Shown one piece after another: positions 18,347 through 25,198 of a stretch of DNA of 25,198 nucleotides. Numbering within the stretch: position 1 is the first letter of the stretch; the number at the start of each line of letters is the position of its first letter. A program made the position numbers and the translations under genes. The stretch comes from a bacterium (GTDB taxonomy: Bacteria; Zhuqueibacterota; Zhuqueibacteria; Oceanimicrobiales; Oceanimicrobiaceae): contig JBHHXN010000066.1 in the NCBI GenBank assembly GCA_046757025.1, positions 1 through 25,198 on the forward strand. Direction: 5' to 3'. The notes beneath the pieces were generated by a model, which was given only the letters and a program-made list of their open reading frames with translations, was not told where the DNA came from and made no database searches.

Positions 18347-19849
18347 ATGGACAATCATCAAAAAATAGAAAGTCTCTTTGAATTAGCAGTTATTCTTAGC
18401 CGGCAAATTGAATATAAAGAAATTCTACGTGTCGTTTCAACAAAGGCAACAATTCTTGTAGATGCTGATGTGGCATCGATTATGATGATAAATCCAAATA
18501 CCCAGAATACCATTAAAACCATTTTTAAAGATGGCCATGACACTGATCACAAGCAATACAAGCTCATTCAATCAAATGTCATTGGCCTGATGCTGAATGA
18601 TAAACAACCTTTTATTAGCACCAATTTACAAAAAGATACCCGTTTTAGAACAAACCTTTTTGAAGAGGAAGCGGTTAGATCGGTGATGTGTGTCCCTTTA
18701 TTATGTGAAGATACGGTCATTGGCTGCCTGTTAGTGCTGAGCAAAAACAGGGAATTTGATAAGACCGCCCTTTCGTTTCTGGAAAAGCTGGCGGCCATTT
18801 CTGCCCCATTTTTAAGCAATATTCAAAAAGTTCGAGAGTATTTTAATGCCCCTTTACCACAAGCCTCTCTTCGTGCGAAATATGAACCGTTTGGCTTATT
18901 GGGTAAAAGCGAGAAATTTTTAGAACTTTTGCAAGCCGTTGAAGCCGCGACTCGCTGTGATGTGCGCGTGTTGCTGGAAGGACAAAGCGGAACCGGTAAA
19001 GAACTGATTGCCGCGGCGATCCATAAATTAAGTTCACGTTCCAGTCAGCCATTTGTAGCGATTGACTGTGGGGCACTGCCCGAGAATTTGATGGAGAGTG
19101 AACTTTTTGGGTATGTGAAAGGCGCTTTTACCGGCGCAACCCGGGATCGTATCGGGCTAATCGAAGAAGCAAACCAGGGAACGTTATTCATGGATGAAAT
19201 ATCCAATCTTCCTTTGGATATGCAGTCCAAATTATTGCGGGTACTGCAGGAAGGCGAGGTTCGGGCCATTGGCAGCAATAAACCACGAAAGGTGGATGTG
19301 CGCATCATTACCGCCGCCAGCGCGTCTCTTCGCGAGCAAGTAGAGAACCGGCAGTTTCGGGAAGATCTGTTTTATCGCTTACATGTCTTCCCCATTTATG
19401 TGCCGACATTAGACGAACGGCAGGAGGACGTTCTCCTGCTGGCAAACCGATTCCTGCAAAAATTTGTTCGTCAACAGCAAAAACAGGCCGGATCGTTTGA
19501 TAGTTCGATTCTGCATTTCATGCGGCTGCGAAAATGGCAGGGGAATGTTCGCGAATTGGAAAATTTTGTGGAACGACTGGTAACCCTCGCCGGGCCGGAA
19601 ATGACTGTTTTGGGCCGAGATATTCTGCCGAATGAATTCCGTAAAGAATTGAAAAAACTCACTGCAAAACAAGAAATGAACCCAATAAGCAAAACATTGC
19701 AGGAAAGTCTGACTGAATATGAAGAGCAAATTATTCGTCAGGCATTGAACGATAATGACTGGAATCAAAGAAAAGCAGCCCGCGCCTTGCAAATCTCCGA
19801 GGGTACCCTGCGCTACAAGATTGCAAAGCTGGGCATTGCGAAGCCGTAA
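18347..19849 (+). CDS. GAF-domain sigma54-dependent enhancer-binding activator with Fis-type HTH
   Basis: GAF (SVMCVPL...IGCLLV), GQSGTGKE, ESELFG, GAFTGA, FMDEI, FREDLFYRL, GNVRELEN, NQRKAARAL. Confidence 0.95.
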   Translation: MDNHQKIESLFELAVILSRQIEYKEILRVVSTKATILVDADVASIMMINPNTQNTIKTIFKDGHDTDHKQYKLIQSNVIGLMLNDKQPFISTNLQKDTRFRTNLFEEEAVRSVMCVPLLCEDTVIGCLLVLSKNREFDKTALSFLEKLAAISAPFLSNIQKVREYFNAPLPQASLRAKYEPFGLLGKSEKFLELLQAVEAATRCDVRVLLEGQSGTGKELIAAAIHKLSSRSSQPFVAIDCGALPENLMESELFGYVKGAFTGATRDRIGLIEEANQGTLFMDEISNLPLDMQSKLLRVLQEGEVRAIGSNKPRKVDVRIITAASASLREQVENRQFREDLFYRLHVFPIYVPTLDERQEDVLLLANRFLQKFVRQQQKQAGSFDSSILHFMRLRKWQGNVRELENFVERLVTLAGPEMTVLGRDILPNEFRKELKKLTAKQEMNPISKTLQESLTEYEEQIIRQALNDNDWNQRKAARALQISEGTLRYKIAKLGIAKP

Positions 19850-19923
19850 GCGATATGTAGGGATATTCCCACCTGCTCATTTGTGCTGTTTTCATATAGC
19901 AAAACTGCATCACCTCCAAAAAA

Positions 19924-20128
19924 TTTTGTAACCGTTAACGGGTTCAAAGTTCTGGGTTTAGACGATGTCATTAAGTATGGATTTTTTCTGTCATCCTGAA
20001 AGGATCTTTTTGGATTCCAGCACGGATATTTGAACTTAAATTAGCCTGAGTTTGCGAAAAGATTCCTGGCAGAATGACATTCAAGGTTCACCTGAACGGG
20101 GAATTCTGAACCTGTGATCGCTTCAAAA
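19924..20128. repeat. MITE-like shell with a REP-like core
   Basis: Imperfect outer IR TTTTGTAACCGTTAACGGGTTCAAAGTTC / GAATTCTGAACCTGTGATCGCTTCAAAA; core TGTCATCCTG...GGATCTTTT / AAAAGATTC...CAGAATGACA (19989-20079). Confidence 0.55.
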
Positions 20129-20287
20129 ACTTCGCACATAACCCCATTAAAAACAATCTCCCCTTTTGCTGCGTAAAAACCTTCGCAATTTCACCCCCTG
20201 CAATAGCGATATTTCATCCTCTAAAGCCGCTTCCGTAAATTTATATTTATTAAGGAGTAAACTTTATTATCATTCCTCCCTGATTTT

Positions 20288-20303
20288 TTGGCACATCCTT
20301 TGA
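20288..20303 (+). promoter_or_regulatory. Sigma54 (-24/-12) promoter
   Basis: TTGGCAC-ATCCT-TTGA with correct spacing (GA in place of GC at -12); downstream of the activator gene and about 57 bp before ATG 20361. Confidence 0.7.
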
Positions 20304-20360
20304 GTCATTACCCCTGAAACTCGAACAAAAACATTCTTAGTTAATTAGGAGGATAAAATC

Positions 20361-21434
20361 ATGAAGCTTCAGTTTAAATTAAACTATTTTGCAATACTTG
20401 GTGCAGCCATAACCGTTGCAGTCATTTTTGCCGTTAGTGGCTGCAGTAAGGAGAGCGCCACGGAACCGCCCAATCCGGAAGATACGCTAACCCGGTTACT
20501 CCAACCAACTTTTGCCCTGGTTGTTTCGGACACGACTGGTGCGCGTGTCTTAAGTGTCGGCGCGCCGGGCGAGTGGGACCAGAATGGCGTCTGGTGGCCA
20601 TCTGTGATACAAGATGGGGATACACTACGGATGTGGTTTACTGGTTTTGACAATAACGACGTCGCCAGGATCGGCTATGCCTGGTCGTTGGACGGGCAGA
20701 ATTGGCATAAGTATGCCGGCAACCCGGTTTTGTCCGCCAGCCTTTCCTGGGAACGGGACGATGTTGGGGAATGTGAGGTCATAAAAGACGGCACCACTTT
20801 TAAGATGTGGTATGGTGCAGGTGCAATAGGCGACCCAACTCACAAAAAAATCGGCTACGCCACGTCTTCCGATGGCATTAATTGGACTAAGCATGCCGAT
20901 GCGGTGATGGAAACTGGCCCTGCCGGAAGCTGGGAGGATCAGCGAATCAGCGTCTCTACGGTTCTCAAAGAGGATGGTGCTTACAAAATGTGGTACAATG
21001 GTGGAACAGGTCCCTGGTCGACAAATAACCAATCGGCAACAGGCTATGCGACTTCATCGGATGGGATTTCCTGGAGCAAACAAGGAAGAGCCATCAGGCG
21101 GGGAGCCGCCGGCCAGTGGGATTCGCAGAGAGCCTGGGGCGCTGTGGTTGTAAAGGTTTCCAGCGATTTGCTTGCTAACACGTATGACCGTTATGAGATG
21201 GTCTATTCCGGAGCAGACGCCCCGGTAACGACTCAATGGCTGGGGTACGCCAGCTCCCAAGATGGTGAGACCTGGGCAAAATCTGGCGACAATCCCATTG
21301 TCAATACCCACCCCGGATTCGGAAGCAATTATTATTCATCGGAATTGCTAAAATTTAACGGCGAATATCACTTGTGGTTTACAAGTTGGAACAGTTCATT
21401 CGGGCAGATTGGCTATGCCAAAGGAACGAGATAA
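20361..21434 (+). CDS. Lipoprotein with a five-bladed beta-propeller, glycoside-hydrolase-like (GH32/43/130-type fold)
   Basis: Lipobox VSGC; repeated blades MWY/F.G...GYA.S.DG..W.K...NP; AGGAGG RBS. Confidence 0.85.
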   Translation: MKLQFKLNYFAILGAAITVAVIFAVSGCSKESATEPPNPEDTLTRLLQPTFALVVSDTTGARVLSVGAPGEWDQNGVWWPSVIQDGDTLRMWFTGFDNNDVARIGYAWSLDGQNWHKYAGNPVLSASLSWERDDVGECEVIKDGTTFKMWYGAGAIGDPTHKKIGYATSSDGINWTKHADAVMETGPAGSWEDQRISVSTVLKEDGAYKMWYNGGTGPWSTNNQSATGYATSSDGISWSKQGRAIRRGAAGQWDSQRAWGAVVVKVSSDLLANTYDRYEMVYSGADAPVTTQWLGYASSQDGETWAKSGDNPIVNTHPGFGSNYYSSELLKFNGEYHLWFTSWNSSFGQIGYAKGTR

Positions 21435-21482
21435 TAATAACGGGTGGAAGTGATTCAAATTCTTGCCTTTTGAGCTATATCG

Positions 21483-21515
21483 AACTCTGACAGGGTTTCA
21501 AACCCTGTCAGAGTT
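21483..21515. repeat. Perfect hairpin (REP-like, or an mRNA-stabilising stem)
   Basis: AACTCTGACAGGGTTT-C-AAACCCTGTCAGAGTT; no U-tract follows. Confidence 0.8.
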
Positions 21516-21636
21516 AGGTGCCAGCATGAACATCGGTAGATACCATCTTGCCACCTGTGTTGTAAATTGAAAGTCCGGCCGAGAGTCTGAGAGAAAACAC
21601 TTATCATACTTCTCATATAATTTGGAGGAAAAAGCC

Positions 21637-22926
21637 ATGAAGAAGAATATCAGGTTTTATTCAATGTACTCCACTTTTATGTCAATTATCATCATGCTAT
21701 TTGCAACCGGTTTCGTGGGTACGGCATCCATCTGCCTGGCACAGGGTGGCACCTGGACACGGAAAGCAGACATCCCCTCGCCAAGATGGTTTTTATCATC
21801 ATGCGCGGTCAATGGAAGGATATATGCGATCGGTGGAGTGGGCGGCTATATAAATGTGGAAGAATACAATCCGGGATCTAATACCTGGACGACAAAAGCG
21901 CCTATGCCAACGGGTAGAGGGTTTTTAGCTACCAGCGCTATAAATGGGAAGATTTATGCATTTGGAGGTACTAATCGTTGTTGTCCTAAGGGAACTGTAT
22001 TTGCAACAACACAGGAGTATGATCCAGCGACCGGTACCTGGACAACGAAGGCAGATATGCCGACCGCAAGGTATGGTGTTTGTGCGGGCGTGATCGATGA
22101 AAAAATCTATGTAATTGCTGGGGATCCTCCAGTTAAAAAAGTGGAGATGTATGATCCAGTGACCGATACCTGGACGCCAAAACAAGATATGCCAACCGCC
22201 CGGTGGGCGCCAACCTGTGGCGTGGTAAACGGAAAGATATATGTCTTTGGTGGTTTATTACGCCAGGGTGGGCCTGCTACCAAGGTTGTGGAAATGTATG
22301 ATCCGGCAACCGACACCTGGACTCCGAAAGCTGGCATGCCGGAAGCCAGAGTAGGTCAGGCCACGGCTGTTATTAATGGTCAGATATTTATTTTTGGCGG
22401 TACTAACTACGGCGGCCGACCGGCTCACAGCAATCAATGGAGGTATGATCCGACTACTGATACATGGGATACATCATTGCCAAACATGCCATTCAACTGG
22501 TTTGTCATGGGTTATAGTGTGGTGAATGAACGTGTTTACCTGATGGCTGGCTCATCGGCGCCTTATCCTCATGGGGACCAGCTTAGAAGAGTGTATGAAT
22601 ATGACCCGTTAGTGACTTCTGTCGAAGACAATCTTGCCGCTGGCCTTACGACTTTTGCGCTTCATCAAAACTACCCCAATCCGTTTAACCCGGAGACCAC
22701 CATTCAATATCAGACGCCCGAAAGATCAGAAGTTAAATTAGTCATCTTCAGTCTGTTAGGTCAACGGGTGGCAACTTTAGTGGACGCGGTGCAATCCATG
22801 GGAATCTATTCCGTGCAATGGAATGGCAAAGATGATACCGGTAAAGCAGTGGCCAGCGGGGTTTATCTATATCGGTTGCAAACGAAACAATTTGTGCAAG
22901 TTAAAAAGCTGGCTTTATTGCGGTAG
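21637..22926 (+). CDS. Secreted Kelch-repeat protein with a C-terminal FlgD-Ig/T9SS-type sorting domain
   Basis: Signal peptide; six repeats of IY..GG...E.YDP.T.TW...A.MP.AR; tail LHQNYPNPFNPETTI...WNGKD..G..VASGVYLYRL...KK; GGAGG before ATG 21637. Confidence 0.92.
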   Translation: MKKNIRFYSMYSTFMSIIIMLFATGFVGTASICLAQGGTWTRKADIPSPRWFLSSCAVNGRIYAIGGVGGYINVEEYNPGSNTWTTKAPMPTGRGFLATSAINGKIYAFGGTNRCCPKGTVFATTQEYDPATGTWTTKADMPTARYGVCAGVIDEKIYVIAGDPPVKKVEMYDPVTDTWTPKQDMPTARWAPTCGVVNGKIYVFGGLLRQGGPATKVVEMYDPATDTWTPKAGMPEARVGQATAVINGQIFIFGGTNYGGRPAHSNQWRYDPTTDTWDTSLPNMPFNWFVMGYSVVNERVYLMAGSSAPYPHGDQLRRVYEYDPLVTSVEDNLAAGLTTFALHQNYPNPFNPETTIQYQTPERSEVKLVIFSLLGQRVATLVDAVQSMGIYSVQWNGKDDTGKAVASGVYLYRLQTKQFVQVKKLALLR

Positions 22927-22987
22927 AAATCGATTAAGAATAGTTCGGTGTAATTCGCTAGTGTTGTGATACCAAATTATCATTCTT

Positions 22988-23082
22988 GTTATTGCGAGGA
23001 GCGAAGCGACGAAGCAATCTCCTGATTTTCAGCAAGTTAGGAGATTGCTTCGTCCCGCACAAAACGCGGGACTCGCAATGAC
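22988..23082. repeat. REP-like palindrome pair, best-preserved copy
   Basis: GTTATTGCGAGGAGCGAAGCGACGAAGCAATCTCCT / AGGAGATTGCTTCGTC...CTCGCAATGAC. Confidence 0.85.
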
Positions 23083-23132
23083 TTATTGTTGCAATTTTAA
23101 TTAAGAATGGTTCTACTATCTCGGCACTTTTT

Positions 23133-23192
23133 GCCTTACAAGCTGCTGCTACGCACCTGGCTAAGCTCGGCGGGAGAACAGCGGCGATAGGT
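23133..23192 (+). other. Degenerate integron attC-like site (60 bp)
   Basis: R'' GCCTTAC, spacer AAGCT, L'' GCTGCTAC ... L' GGAGAAC, spacer AGCGGC, R' GATAGGT; each R box is one base from RYYYAAC / GTTRRRY. Confidence 0.5.
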
Positions 23193-23255
23193 GATGGGGT
23201 AACTGATTCGAAGGTGTTTTCTACTTTATTTTAATCGACCTTTAATTTCTTCGGG

Positions 23256-23441
23256 TATAATTCCCCGAAGCTTGCTTCGTTTTTTGAAAGGTGTCATGCC
23301 CATACCGACTTTCCTATTTTTAAAAATACTGAGTGTCGGGATAATCGGGCATCCAGAAGTCAGTGAAGGTATGGATTCCCGCTAAAAAGATTGCGGGAAT
23401 GACAAGTAAGATACTTCGTCAGCTTGCTGCGGGGAGTATTC
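23256..23441. mobile_element. Small non-autonomous element with hairpin ends and a REP-like core
   Basis: Left end TCCCCGAAGCTTGCTTCG; right end CGTCAGCTTGCTGCGGGGAG; core GTCATGCCC...CGGGCATCCA / TGGATTCCCGC...GCGGGAATGAC (23293-23403). Confidence 0.5.
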
Positions 23442-23483
23442 ATTTCAATTCATGATTTTAAACTAATAAGGAGTAGGAATATT

Positions 23484-23936
23484 ATGAGAAAGTTAGCTCT
23501 CGTGCTGTTGTGCCTGGTCCTGGCTTGTGCAAATCGCAACCCGACTCAGGATGCCAAGGACATGATGAAATCCCACGAGGAGTATGCAAAAGCTGGCGAC
23601 CTCGATGGCGTCATGACCAACGTGGCCGACGATATTGTCGCATTGGTTCCTGGAATTCCGCTGGTGGAAGGAAAGGCCGCTTTTAAAGAATTCTATGCCG
23701 GGTTACTGGCGATGGCAAGCATCGATGATTTTGGCCATGATTACCATGGCATTGAAATAATCGGAGATACCGTCGTGCTGCATGGCGTTGCCAACGGCAC
23801 CCAGACAGCAAAAGATGGCGCTGCCGGCGAGTTTGCGAATAATTTTCTTTTAGTGCTTAAATATCAACCCGATGGCAAAATCAAATTTTGGAGAATTGCC
23901 TTCGCACCGAGCTCTGAGGAAGGCTCGAGCTCTTAA
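23484..23936 (+). CDS. NTF2/SnoaL-like (DUF4440-type) lipoprotein
   Basis: ATG 23484 with AGGAG upstream; lipobox VLAC; AGDLDGVM..VADD.V...PG...VEGKAA; VLKYQPDGKIKF. Confidence 0.85.
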   Translation: MRKLALVLLCLVLACANRNPTQDAKDMMKSHEEYAKAGDLDGVMTNVADDIVALVPGIPLVEGKAAFKEFYAGLLAMASIDDFGHDYHGIEIIGDTVVLHGVANGTQTAKDGAAGEFANNFLLVLKYQPDGKIKFWRIAFAPSSEEGSSS

Positions 23937-24013
23937 ACAAGTTAACCACGTAAGAGCGCCGGAACCAGCATGCCTGGTCTGTTTGGTGAATAAAAAATAA
24001 AACGGAAGGAACT

Positions 24014-24253
24014 ATGGATTTTATATCAATGGGTATTGGAATAGCTGCATTCGCTTATGGCATTTATAGCTTTATCGCCAGAAAGAATAAACCAGAACAG
24101 TTTAAAAAACTTGAACCTATAAAATAATTTTGGGGAGAGAAGTTGGGTTTTGCTATTCATTTTATTGGGTACACAATTGTTCCAATAATAGTAGGAATAG
24201 TTTGTTTATTGCCGGTATCAATGGGCGCTCAATATTTTAATAAAAACATCTAA
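24014..24253 (+). pseudogene. Small two-TM membrane protein gene with a premature stop and a probable frameshift
   Basis: AAGGA RBS; MDFISMGIGIAAFAYGIYSFIARKNKPEQFKKLEPIK*FWGEKLGFAIHFIGYTIVPIIVGIVC...; TAA at 24125; an alternate frame ends FIAGINGRSIF** at 24243. Confidence 0.65.
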
Positions 24254-24368
24254 CAAAAACACTGCTGCGGCGTGTAGCTGTACAGAATGGAGGTTGAGGA
24301 TTTTGTTCAAATTTGAATAATGGTGTTAATCGAATAAAAAAATTATACTCAACATTTTAACAATCATC

Positions 24369-24403
24369 AAGCCCGTTTACGTTTTGTAATCGGGCTTTTT
24401 TTT
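24369..24403 (+). terminator. Rho-independent terminator
   Basis: AAGCCCG-TTTAC-GTTTT-GTAAT-CGGGCTT stem running into a T tract. Confidence 0.8.
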
Positions 24404-24485
24404 ATTTACCGGATTTGAAATGACTAAATCTCCATAGTGATTAAATTCTATAACTGTAAATTCTCAGTCTTTCTGGGGCCCCCAA

Positions 24486-24512
24486 TCGTTCCCAAATAAA
24501 ATTTGGGAACGA
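24486..24512. repeat. Perfect 12-bp hairpin, REP-like
   Basis: TCGTTCCCAAAT-AAA-ATTTGGGAACGA. Confidence 0.7.
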
Positions 24513-24561
24513 GAGACTCCCTCCTCGTTAGTGAGGTTTTACCTATAAATTAAGAATTTGC

Positions 24562-24590
24562 TTGATATTTTATACTTTTACCGCTATTTT
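24562..24590 (+). promoter_or_regulatory. Putative sigma70 promoter of the second kinase
   Basis: TTGATA-17-TATTTT, homologous to 15077-15105. Confidence 0.6.
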
Positions 24591-24686
24591 GAAAATATTT
24601 CCTGTATTTATAATCTGCACACCCCATAATCAACATCTTATCTAACACCATAAGCTAGAGGAATTTGATTCTCGAGGGTTGTTCTT

Positions 24687-25198
24687 GTGATCGGTTCAAT
24701 AATCTCTCACTATGAAATTGTCGAAAAAATTGGCGAAGGCGGCATGGGGGTGGTGTATAAAGCAGAGGACACCAAACTCAAGCGCCCGGTGGCGCTGAAA
24801 TTCCTGCCACCCGACTTAACCCGCGACCTGGAAGCCAACGCACGTTTCATTTTCGAAGCGCAATCGGCTTCTGCCCTGGATCACCAGAATGTCTGCACAA
24901 TTTATGAAATTGATAAAAACGCAGATAGCCTCACATTCATCAGTATGGCCTACTACGAAGGCCAGACTCTCAGAGCAAAAATAGCTCAGGGTGAACTGAA
25001 AGTCGCAGAAGGGATTGACATTGCCATTCAAATTGCGCAGGGATTGATCAAAGCACACGGGAAAGGCATCGTTCATCGAGACATCAAACCTACGAACATC
25101 ATCGTGCAGGAGGACGGCACAGTGAAGATCATCGACTTTGGCCTGTCTAAACTATTGGGTGGGCAGGAAATCACACGTAGCGGCTCAACCCTCGGCAC
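24687..25198 (+). CDS. Ser/Thr protein kinase, 3' part outside the window; paralogue of the 15199 gene
   Basis: From GTG 24687: MIGSIISHYEIVEKIGEGGMGVVYKAEDTKLKRPVALKFLP...HRDIKPTN...IIDFGLSK...GSTLG, open to the window edge. Confidence 0.95.
   Translation, partial: MIGSIISHYEIVEKIGEGGMGVVYKAEDTKLKRPVALKFLPPDLTRDLEANARFIFEAQSASALDHQNVCTIYEIDKNADSLTFISMAYYEGQTLRAKIAQGELKVAEGIDIAIQIAQGLIKAHGKGIVHRDIKPTNIIVQEDGTVKIIDFGLSKLLGGQEITRSGSTLG

Noticed and set aside
21850..22470. DNA direct repeats TATGATCC...ACCTGGAC
   Set aside because: They encode the Kelch blades (YDP.T.TW).
23424..23483. ORF-track N-terminal extensions (also 3966, 5903, 6103, 10434, 21622)
   Set aside because: Downstream starts fit RBS positions, signal peptides or family N-termini better.
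6728..24127. Stop-codon reassignment suggested by in-frame TAA at 6728, 16897 and 24125
   Set aside because: Many intact genes here end at TAA at the expected C-terminus, and two of the three cases carry other lesions.

Overview
Bacterial chromosomal window. The NYPNPFNP-type C-terminal sorting domain and the MIGKTISHY-type Hanks kinases suggest an FCB-group organism such as KSB1 or Calditrichota (inference). Left to right: two lipoprotein genes; a minus-strand metal-uptake locus (MntR/DtxR regulator with an upstream palindromic box, a membrane-anchored DtxR-FeoA-FeoA fusion, and FeoB split into GTPase and membrane genes); a zinc-ribbon/DUF2007-like gene; a decayed ABC-permease tail; an AT-rich overlapping pair of P-loop ATPases, the second with wHTH and SEL1/TPR repeats; fdrA-DUF1116-DUF2877 (allFGH-like); a kinase-TM-PEGA-FGE-hydrolase gene broken by one in-frame TAA; a GAF sigma54 activator with a sigma54 promoter ahead of exported beta-propeller genes; an NTF2-like lipoprotein; a decayed small membrane gene near attC-like relics; and the start of a paralogous kinase with a homologous promoter. 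Intergenic DNA is dense with REP-like palindromes, many nested inside MITE-like inverted-repeat shells. No rRNA, tRNA, CRISPR array, transposase or integrase was seen. All calls come from manual motif reading; no database searches were run.
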